DNA from: Candidatus Entotheonellaceae bacterium
GTDB lineage: Bacteria; Tectomicrobia; Entotheonellia; Entotheonellales; Entotheonellaceae
Direction of reading: 5' to 3'
Length of the DNA stretch: 64,000 bases
NCBI GenBank assembly: GCA_965238075.1
Contig: OZ250173.1
Span: 864,001-928,000, forward strand
Made by a program: the position numbers and the translations under genes. Of the stretch, positions 56,599 through 64,000 are shown one piece after another; positions within the stretch are counted from its first letter, which is position 1; each line of letters begins with the position of its first letter. A model generated the notes under the pieces. The model had not been told where the DNA came from. It searched no databases and saw nothing but the letters and a program-made list of their open reading frames with translations.

Positions 56599-57429
56599 TC
56601 ATGGCACGGCGCCGTCCGTATCGCGCGATATACCGGTGTCGGGCAGGTTACGCAACCGCGCCGCCGAACGGGACACATAGGCGCTGGTGGGGAAACGATC
56701 CACGAGGTTACGAAAGACGCGCGCCGCTTTGACGTAATTCTCTTCTCGACGGTAGCTGTCGGCCAGCATGTAAAAGGCGACGTCCGTGTCGGACATATCG
56801 GGGTATACCTGAATCAGGTTGAGCAGGCGCCGGATAGCTGCCTGATAGGCTTGCTTCCGGTAGTAGAAACGCGCCACGTCGAACTCGTGTTCGGCCAAGC
56901 GCTGGCGCAGGAAGGTGATCTGCGCCTCCGCTTCCTGCAGCAACGCCTCCTGGGGGTATTTTTGCCTGAAGCGGCGAAACGTCCGCAAGGCGTTCAGGGT
57001 TACCTTCTGGTCGCGGTCGAACAGGTTCACTTCCTGCGCGTGGCACATACCAATCTGAAATTGCGCCTGCGCGGCGAGCGGGTGCTGGGGGTAAAGCTCC
57101 AGAAACTTCTCGTACTCGAAGCGAGCTTCAAGATAGCTCTTTTCGCTGTAGAGTGATTCGGCGATCTTGAATTGCACCTCCGCCTTGTATCTATTCTCGG
57201 GATATTCTTCCAGCAGTTGCTGGTAAAACCCGCGCGCCTTGTCGCCACGTTGGCGCCCGAGTTGCGTGTCGCCCGAGCGCAAGATTTCCTCCGCCGTCAG
57301 CGTCTTCTTTTTCGAGGCGCAGCCAGTCAGCGCGAACACACACAGAATCCCCGCTGTGACAACCATCAGCAGCCTGCCCACGTCAGTCCTTTCAAATTTT
57401 TCAGGATCGGCAAAACAGGCGTCCGCCAT
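56599..57429 (-). CDS. bamD: Outer-membrane protein assembly lipoprotein BamD
   Basis: LTGC lipobox, TPR repeats, FLELYPQHP, RDQ..T..A, LAEHEFDVARFY, AA..R; start uncertain. Confidence 0.88.
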   Translation of the reverse strand: MADACFADPEKFERTDVGRLLMVVTAGILCVFALTGCASKKKTLTAEEILRSGDTQLGRQRGDKARGFYQQLLEEYPENRYKAEVQFKIAESLYSEKSYLEARFEYEKFLELYPQHPLAAQAQFQIGMCHAQEVNLFDRDQKVTLNALRTFRRFRQKYPQEALLQEAEAQITFLRQRLAEHEFDVARFYYRKQAYQAAIRRLLNLIQVYPDMSDTDVAFYMLADSYRREENYVKAARVFRNLVDRFPTSAYVSRSAARLRNLPDTGISRDTDGAVP

Positions 57430-57580
57430 CGCTATTTCAGGAAATGAAATGGCATTGTACTGCCCTGCCCCAAGCCGGGCAAGTCCCTTGACGATGCGAC
57501 GAATACCATGCTATGTTGGCGCCTCCTCAGACTGCGATTAACGTACGTTTTTCGCTCGAATAGACGATGGGCCGTCCATA

Positions 57581-58306
57581 ATGATCCTCGGTATCGACAC
57601 CGCAAGCCCCTCCTGTAGTGCAGCCCTTGTTGAAACAGGTCAAGTCATCGCACGCTCCCACTTACCAGCGCGATCTGCCGCCTCCTCACATTTGGTGCGT
57701 CTTATCGACGACTTGTGCGCGCGGGCGGGCCGCGCTGTCGCCGACGTTGCCGGTGTGGCGGTAAACCTGGGTCCTGGGGCTTTTACCGGCTTGCGGGTGG
57801 GGTTGGCAACGGCACAGGGTCTGGTTACGGCGTACAAGAGGCCCCTGATAGGCTGTAGTACCTTCGAGGCGCTGGTGGACGCAGCCGCAGATTGGGATGG
57901 CCTGATTTGCCCCGTCATCGAGGCACGCCGCGGTGAGGTGTATGCCGCCTTTTACCGCCGACAAGACCGGCAAATATACGAAACCATGCCTGGAATGGCC
58001 GTCGCACCAGACACCCTGTGCACCCTTGTTCAGGAACGCATCTTGTTTCTCGGCAGCGGGGTGCAAAGCTACGGCGAATTCTTAGCGTCAAGATTGGGCG
58101 AACTGGCGGTATGCAGGGACCTTGGCAGCGATTTTGCGCTCGCGGCCAACGTGGCCCGCTTGGGCTGTGAACGTCTGGCGACGACCGGCTCTGACGACGG
58201 CTACCATCTCACACCCATCTACATCAGACCCGCCGATGCCCGCCTGCCGCGACGCAAGGCGTCACCTGCGGCAAGCCGGCAAGAGAAAGGAGCAGCCCAT
58301 GCTTGA
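57581..58306 (+). CDS. tsaB: t6A biosynthesis protein TsaB
   Basis: MILGIDTA, GPGAFTGLRVG, EARRGEVY, PIYIR. Confidence 0.95.
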   Translation: MILGIDTASPSCSAALVETGQVIARSHLPARSAASSHLVRLIDDLCARAGRAVADVAGVAVNLGPGAFTGLRVGLATAQGLVTAYKRPLIGCSTFEALVDAAADWDGLICPVIEARRGEVYAAFYRRQDRQIYETMPGMAVAPDTLCTLVQERILFLGSGVQSYGEFLASRLGELAVCRDLGSDFALAANVARLGCERLATTGSDDGYHLTPIYIRPADARLPRRKASPAASRQEKGAAHA

Positions 58307-58520
58307 AGGCATTGACGAGGCGACGATTGCACACCTACGGCAGGAAGACATCGAGTTTCGGCGCTTGCTCGACGAGCATCAACAATACGAAAGCCAACTT
58401 GAGGCGTACACCAACTTGCCGTATCTCAGCAGTGAACAGGAACTGGACCGCAAACGGCTGCAGAAGCTTAAGCTCCAGGGCAAGGACCGCATGCTGGTCA
58501 TCCTGCAGCAATACCAGTAA
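58299..58520 (+). CDS. DUF465/YdcH-like small protein
   Basis: ATG 58299 after AAAGGAG; EFRRLLDEHQ.YE..YLS.EQE..KRLQKLKLQGKDRM. Confidence 0.8.
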   Translation: MLEGIDEATIAHLRQEDIEFRRLLDEHQQYESQLEAYTNLPYLSSEQELDRKRLQKLKLQGKDRMLVILQQYQ

Positions 58521-58581
58521 TCCGCATACCTCACTAACGCGGTGCTTCTATTCACACGCGTTGTAGGGAAGGGCCTAAGCC

Positions 58582-60267
58582 ATGCAAGGCGCTGAAATTT
58601 TCATCGAAAGTTTGTTGGCAGAGGGCGTTGATACCATCTTTGGACACCCGGGCGGGGCCATTTTGCCGCTCAACGACGCCCTGTACAGCGGCCGAATCCG
58701 CCATATTCTGACTCGCCACGAGCAGGGGGCGGTACACATGGCGGAAGGGTACGCGCGCGCCACCGGACGGCCCGGCGTCGTGCTGGTAACCTCGGGACCC
58801 GGCGGCACGAACGTGGTCACCGGTCTCGCCGATGCGTTCATGGACTCCACGCCCATCGTCGTGTTCACCGGTCAGGTGCCCACCGGCGTTATCGGCAACG
58901 ATGCCTTTCAGGAGGCGGACATCGTCGGCATCACCCGCTCGTGCACGAAGCACAACTACTTAGTAAGGGACGTCAAGGACTTGGCCCGCACCATCAAGGA
59001 AGCCTTCTACATTGCGGCATCCGGACGCCCCGGACCAGTGCTGGTCGATATCCCGAAAGACGTGGCCAACGCCTTGACCGATTTCAGCTATCCTGACAGC
59101 GTGGACATTCGCGGCTACAGGCCGACAACCCTCGGCCACGCCGGGCAAATCCGGCGCGCCGCTGAAATGCTGGCCGCCGCGGAGCGGCCGGTCATCTACG
59201 CGGGCGGTGGCGTCATTCACTCCGAGGCGGCGGCTGAGTTGCACGAACTCGGCGAATTCGCCGCCACACCGGTTACCAACACCCTGATGGGGCTGGGCGG
59301 CTTTCCCGGCCGCCACGACCTGTGGCTCGGCATGCTGGGCATGCACGGCACCTACACGGCGAACATGGCCATGGATCAGGCCGATCTGGTCATCGCTGTC
59401 GGCGCCCGCTTCGACGACCGGGTCACCGGCAACCTTGAAGAATTCTGCCTCGGCGCGGAGTTCATCCATATCGACATTGATCCATCCTCGATCGGCAAGA
59501 ACATTCCCGTCACCCTGCCGATCGTCGGTGACGTGAAGATGTGCTTGCAGCGCCTGCTCAAGGAGTTGCGGGCCATGGAGGGCAAGGATTGGTATGCGGC
59601 GCACGCGTCCTGGTTGGCGCAAATCGCCGAGTGGCAGCGGGATTTCCCGTTGTCGTACGAGCAGGATCCGGATGGGGAACTCATGCCGCAATACGTCTGC
59701 GAGCAGATTTACGAAGTCACGGCGGGCGACGCCATCATCACCACCGAGGTGGGCCAGCATCAGATGTGGGCCGCGCAGTTTTACCACTTCATGAAGCCCC
59801 GCCACTTCATCACCTCGGGCGGCCTCGGCACCATGGGCTACGGCTTTCCCGCCGCCATCGGCGCCCAGATCGCCTGCCCGGACCGCACCGTTATCGACAT
59901 CGCCGGCGACGGCAGCTTCCAGATGAACGTGCAGGAGCTGGCCACCGCAGTACAGTACGACCTGCCCGTCATCGTGGCGATCCTGAACAACCACAGCCTG
60001 GGCATGGTGCGCCAGTGGCAGCAGTTTTTCTACGAAGGCCGCTACGCCGACACCAGCCTGGAAGTGAGCCCCGACTATGTGAAGCTCGCCGAGGCTTACG
60101 GAGCGGTGGGACTGCGGGCCACCAAGCCCAACGAGGTGCGTCCTGCGCTTGAGGAAGCCATCCGCCTGCGCCGTCCGGTAGTTCTCGATTTCGTGGTGAA
60201 AATGACCGAAAACGTTTTCCCCATGATCCCGACCGGCGGCTCCATCAAAGACATGCTCTTGGCATAG
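58582..60267 (+). CDS. ilvB: Acetolactate synthase large subunit
   Basis: [52 protein letters not shown]. Confidence 0.97.
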   Translation: MQGAEIFIESLLAEGVDTIFGHPGGAILPLNDALYSGRIRHILTRHEQGAVHMAEGYARATGRPGVVLVTSGPGGTNVVTGLADAFMDSTPIVVFTGQVPTGVIGNDAFQEADIVGITRSCTKHNYLVRDVKDLARTIKEAFYIAASGRPGPVLVDIPKDVANALTDFSYPDSVDIRGYRPTTLGHAGQIRRAAEMLAAAERPVIYAGGGVIHSEAAAELHELGEFAATPVTNTLMGLGGFPGRHDLWLGMLGMHGTYTANMAMDQADLVIAVGARFDDRVTGNLEEFCLGAEFIHIDIDPSSIGKNIPVTLPIVGDVKMCLQRLLKELRAMEGKDWYAAHASWLAQIAEWQRDFPLSYEQDPDGELMPQYVCEQIYEVTAGDAIITTEVGQHQMWAAQFYHFMKPRHFITSGGLGTMGYGFPAAIGAQIACPDRTVIDIAGDGSFQMNVQELATAVQYDLPVIVAILNNHSLGMVRQWQQFFYEGRYADTSLEVSPDYVKLAEAYGAVGLRATKPNEVRPALEEAIRLRRPVVLDFVVKMTENVFPMIPTGGSIKDMLLA

Positions 60268-60278
60268 GGGTGGCATCG

Positions 60279-60791
60279 ATGCCAAGGCAGCAAAGCGGCG
60301 AAGTGCAGCGACATACCTTTGCCGTCCTGGTGGAGAATCAGTTCGGTGTTTTGGGCCGTATCACCGGCCTGTTCAGTGCTCGCGGATTCAATATCGAGAG
60401 CCTGAGCGTGGCGGAGACCGAAGACCCGTCGGTGTCCCGCATCACGCTGGTGACGGCCGGCAACGACATGATCCTGGAACAAGTCAACAAGCAGCTTAAT
60501 CGCCTGATCGACGTCATCAAAGTGACGGACCTCAGCGAAGAGCCGCACGTTGACCGGGAAATGGTGCTAATCAAGGTCCATACGGAGGATTTCAGGCGCG
60601 CCGAGGTGTTCCGCATCGCCGAGATTTTCCGGGCGAAAATCGTCGATGTGACGGCAAAGACCTATGTGCTCGAAGTGACTGGCGATGAGGGGAAGATTCG
60701 CGCTGTCATTGACCTGCTCAAGCCGCTCGGCATCAAGGAAATGGTGCGCACGGGTAAAATCGCCATTGGCCGCGGCCAGGGCGCAATGTAG
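60279..60791 (+). CDS. ilvN: Acetolactate synthase small subunit
   Basis: LVENQFGVL.RITGLFSARGFNIESL, KQLNRLIDVIKV, REMVLIKV, EMVRTG. Confidence 0.96.
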   Translation: MPRQQSGEVQRHTFAVLVENQFGVLGRITGLFSARGFNIESLSVAETEDPSVSRITLVTAGNDMILEQVNKQLNRLIDVIKVTDLSEEPHVDREMVLIKVHTEDFRRAEVFRIAEIFRAKIVDVTAKTYVLEVTGDEGKIRAVIDLLKPLGIKEMVRTGKIAIGRGQGAM

Positions 60792-60827
60792 CGCCGGCCG
60801 AAACCCCATATGGGCGGAAGGGATCGT

Positions 60828-61469
60828 ATGACGATTTGGCCTGCCCGACTCCCTTTGGCCTCGGAAGGCCTGCCATTCATCCTACCGCTGGCTGCGGCAA
60901 CGGTGGTGAGCCTGCTGCTCGGCTGGGAACTGGCCGCTGGGATTGGTGTTTTGCTGACGGCGGCCGTGTCGTGCTTTTTCCGCGACCCGGAACGGGTCAT
61001 CCCGCAGACGCCTGGCGCTGTCGTATCGCCGGCCGACGGACGCGTGCATGAAATTGAAATGGAGGAAGGACGCCGTCGCATCAGCATTTTCCTATCGGTC
61101 ACGGACGTGCACATCAACCGAACTCCGTATACCGGCAGGGTGACCGAAGTGATCTACAAGCCGGGCCGCTTTGTGCCGGCTTATCGCTCCGAGGCGTCGC
61201 GCGAAAACGAGTCGAATCGCGTGACCATCGACGGCCCGGACGCGGTTATCGGCGTGAAGCAGATCGCCGGTATTTTGGCGCGGCGCATTGTCTGTCGAGC
61301 GCGTCCTGGCGACGTATTGGAGAGAGGCCAACGGTACGGCTTGATCCGCTTCGGCTCGCGCACTGACCTGTTCCTCCCTGCTGATGCCGACGTTGCCGCT
61401 CAGATTGGCGATAAGGTGCGCGGCGGCGAAACCATCCTCGCTAATCTGAAGGTGCCGCGAGACACATGA
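60828..61469 (+). CDS. psd: Phosphatidylserine decarboxylase
   Basis: FFRDPER, SPADG, IFLS..DVH.NR.P, QIAG..ARRI, GLIRFGSRTD cleavage motif. Confidence 0.95.
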   Translation: MTIWPARLPLASEGLPFILPLAAATVVSLLLGWELAAGIGVLLTAAVSCFFRDPERVIPQTPGAVVSPADGRVHEIEMEEGRRRISIFLSVTDVHINRTPYTGRVTEVIYKPGRFVPAYRSEASRENESNRVTIDGPDAVIGVKQIAGILARRIVCRARPGDVLERGQRYGLIRFGSRTDLFLPADADVAAQIGDKVRGGETILANLKVPRDT

Positions 61470-62203
61470 AAAAAGGCCTGTATCTACTTCCCAATCTCTT
61501 TACGTCAGCCAACTTGCTGTTTGGCTTTCTCAGCATGATTGCCGCCAGTAACGGTCAGTACACGCAGGCCGCCTTGGCGATCTTGGTGGCGGTGGGGCTG
61601 GACGCGGTCGACGGCAAAGTCGCCCGGATGACCAACTCGGCCAGCGCCTTCGGACTGGAATACGACTCGCTGGCAGATCTGCTGTCGTTCGGCATGGCGC
61701 CTGGATGGTTGCTGTACAACTGGTTCCTCGGCTCGCTGGGCCTGTTCGGATGGCTGGCGTCATTCGTCTTCGTCGTGTGCGGCGCTCTGCGGCTGGCGCG
61801 CTTCAACGTTCAGGCGTCACACGTACAGCGGTACGTCTTCACGGGCCTGCCAATCCCGGCAGCGGCAAGCGTCATCGCCGCGGCGACGCTGTTGGGGCAC
61901 GACACCACGGGCCATTTTCACGTTCTCAATACCGATCAGCCCGTTGGTCTAGTCATTGCCATCTGCGCGATCGCTTTCCTCATGGTGAGCAACGTCAGAT
62001 ACCGCAGTTTCAAGAAAATCCGCATCAAGCGCATCTGGTCCCTGCCCCTCGTTGTGGGCGGCACGTTCGTCCTCATCATGCTCGCCCTTATGCCGGAATT
62101 GTCCCTGTTTCTCCTGTCCCTCAGCTACGCGCTCTCCGGGCCTGTCGAAACCCTGATTCGACGCAGGAGACCAAAAGAAGACGTCATTGCCGCAGAGCAG
62201 TAA
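61466..62203 (+). CDS. pssA: CDP-diacylglycerol--serine O-phosphatidyltransferase
   Basis: LLPNLFT, DGKVAR..SAFGLEYDSLADLLSFG.AP, ALRLARFN, FTGLPIP. Confidence 0.95.
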   Translation: MKKGLYLLPNLFTSANLLFGFLSMIAASNGQYTQAALAILVAVGLDAVDGKVARMTNSASAFGLEYDSLADLLSFGMAPGWLLYNWFLGSLGLFGWLASFVFVVCGALRLARFNVQASHVQRYVFTGLPIPAAASVIAAATLLGHDTTGHFHVLNTDQPVGLVIAICAIAFLMVSNVRYRSFKKIRIKRIWSLPLVVGGTFVLIMLALMPELSLFLLSLSYALSGPVETLIRRRRPKEDVIAAEQ

Positions 62204-62226
62204 GAGGGTAGGTCCGGCCATGGGTA

Positions 62227-63270
62227 TCAGGGGTAGAGGGCTGGATACAGAAGGCCCGCGCTCTCCGGCAAGTCGCACATCAGGTTCATGTTCTGGACGG
62301 CCTGTCCGGCGGCGCCGCGTCCGAGGTTGTCGATGGCGGCAATGGCGATCGCCGTCCGGGTGCGGGGATCGATCCTCACCGTCACGTCGCAGTAATTGGA
62401 CCCCAGCGTCGCCTTGGTCTCCGGCAAGGCATCGTGCAGCACACGCATGAACGGGGCGTCGCCATAATAGTTGTCGTAGAGGCTCAGCGCCTCCTCCTGC
62501 TTCAGGTCGCCCGCCAAGGCGGCGTAGGTGGTGGCCAGAATGCCCCGCGTCATTGGTATCAGATGCGGCGTGAAGACCACCTGCAAGGCCTCGCCGGCAA
62601 GCTTGCTTAGTTCCTGCTCGATCTCCGCCGTGTGATTGTGACCCGCTACGCCGTACGCCCGCGCGTTTTCGTTGACCTCGGAATAGGCGAAACCGCCGCC
62701 GTCGCCGCGGCCGGCACCGGAAATACCGGTCTTGGCGTCAATGACGATGCCCGCGGGCCTGACGACGCCAGCCCGCACCAAGGGCGCCAACGCCAGCAGC
62801 GCGGCCGCGGGGTAACAACCCGGATTGGCGAGTAACCTCGTCTCGGCAATGGCGTCGCGGTGCAACTCCGGCAGGCCATACACCGCTTCGGCCAGGAACG
62901 AGGGCGCTTCATGCTTGAACTTGTACCAGACGGGGTAGAGAGACGCATCACGCAGACGAAAGTCGGCGGCAATATCGATAACCTTGCAGCCCTGCTCAAG
63001 CAACTCCGGCACCAAGTGCATAGCCTTGCCGGTAGGCAGCGACACGAAAGCCACGTCGGATTCGCGTCCGATGCGTTCCGCATCCACCGCGATCATTTCC
63101 TGATCCACAAAGTGCCGCAAATTCGGATACAGGCTGGACATGGTGCGGCCCTGTTGTGATTCGGCGGTAACGTGCACGATATCCACGTGCGGATGGCTGA
63201 CCAGCAGCCGCACCGCCTCGGCGCCGCCGTAGCCCGAGGCCCCAATAACACTTGCCTTGATTTTGCTCAC
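62227..63270 (-). CDS. argC: N-acetyl-gamma-glutamyl-phosphate reductase
   Basis: IGASGYGG, ADFRL, VYGLPE, ANPGCYP, GISGAG, FTPHL.PM.RGI, DNLGRGAAGQAVQNMN. Confidence 0.96.
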   Translation of the reverse strand: MSKIKASVIGASGYGGAEAVRLLVSHPHVDIVHVTAESQQGRTMSSLYPNLRHFVDQEMIAVDAERIGRESDVAFVSLPTGKAMHLVPELLEQGCKVIDIAADFRLRDASLYPVWYKFKHEAPSFLAEAVYGLPELHRDAIAETRLLANPGCYPAAALLALAPLVRAGVVRPAGIVIDAKTGISGAGRGDGGGFAYSEVNENARAYGVAGHNHTAEIEQELSKLAGEALQVVFTPHLIPMTRGILATTYAALAGDLKQEEALSLYDNYYGDAPFMRVLHDALPETKATLGSNYCDVTVRIDPRTRTAIAIAAIDNLGRGAAGQAVQNMNLMCDLPESAGLLYPALYP

Positions 63271-63497
63271 GGCAGATCCCCTGATTCCCCGACACCCATG
63301 GCACAATTCGGTCACTGTCCGTCCGCTCGTCTAGCCGAGCCACACCGCCGGAATGGTTTGGACGGCGCAGTATAGCTTGGCGGTAAGGGCGGGGCAAACG
63401 GCCGTCCGGCGCCATTGCAGCCCTAGGAACGCACCGTGATTGCGTGTAGAATTAGGTCTTCCAAACAGTCACCTCTATTTATTTCCTGGAGATCGGT

Positions 63498-64000
63498 ATG
63501 CCTGCCACGGACACCCAGAAGGCCGCACCGCTGACCATGCTGAAGGAGGAGGAAAATCTCTTTCGCGCGGCGGTGCGCGACTTTGCAGAAGAGACAATCA
63601 CCCCCTTTGTGGCCTCAATGGATGAAAACGGGCGCCTCGAGCCCGCCCTGCTGCCCAAGCTGTTCGACCTCGGATTGATGGGCATCCAGATCCCGGAAGC
63701 GTACGGCGGCCCCGGCGGTTCCTTCTTCATGGCGTGTCTGGCAATCGAAGAGTTGTCGCGCGTCGATGCCGCGGTAGCTGTGGTCGTGGACGTGCACAAC
63801 ACCCTGGTCACCAACGCCGTCCTGCGCTGGGGCAACCCCGAGCAACACGCCGCGTTCCTGCCCATGCTGGCGAAACACGCCATTGCGTCCTATTCACTGT
63901 CGGAAGCCGACGCCGGCAGCGACGCCTTCTCCTTGCAGGCCCGCGCCACGCGCCAAGGGGAGCAGTACCTGCTGAACGGGCGCAAGCTGTGGACCTCCAA
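63498..64000 (+). CDS. Acyl-CoA dehydrogenase (partial, runs off window)
   Basis: Manual translation: ..FRAAVRDFA..LGLMGIQIPEAYGG..IEELSRVD..VHNTL..YSLSEADAGSDAF..LNGRKLWTS. Confidence 0.92.
   Translation, partial: MPATDTQKAAPLTMLKEEENLFRAAVRDFAEETITPFVASMDENGRLEPALLPKLFDLGLMGIQIPEAYGGPGGSFFMACLAIEELSRVDAAVAVVVDVHNTLVTNAVLRWGNPEQHAAFLPMLAKHAIASYSLSEADAGSDAFSLQARATRQGEQYLLNGRKLWTS

Overview
High-GC chromosomal window from a diderm (Gram-negative) bacterium, judged from BamD, ExbB/ExbD and deltaproteobacteria/Nitrospina-like gene orders; finer taxonomy is not determinable here. Housekeeping blocks: purC, ddl, ccsA-hemA-hemC/hemB, rsmD-mnmA-mutL-guaB-dnaE, exbBD, tRNA-Gly/Cys/Leu, plsY-pgsA-bamD, tsaB, ilvBN-psd-pssA, argC. 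It also carries a complete actinobacterial-type Pup-proteasome operon (arc-dop-pup-prcB-prcA-pafA), a MoxR/DUF58/vWA operon, and catabolic genes (hydratase, LLM monooxygenase, HpcH aldolase, AOR-family oxidoreductase). There are three accessory zones: (i) a decayed integron with two cassettes and a relE fragment (8.9-10.5 kb); (ii) a type I R-M island with a frameshifted hsdM, bounded by BrnT/BrnA and restriction-enzyme relics (15.8-24.0 kb); (iii) a ~5 kb insert between hemC and hemB. That insert is the best candidate for an undescribed system: a ~1480-aa STAND/NACHT NTPase with a C-terminal PD-(D/E)XK nuclease, whose last 30 residues look like the C-terminal helix of a Doc-partner antitoxin, overlapping an intact doc toxin gene. 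Intergenic regions at 4-13 kb contain nested REP/MITE elements, including a ~24-nt hairpin inserted at different positions in other repeats. All family calls come from motif recognition by eye; no database searches were run.
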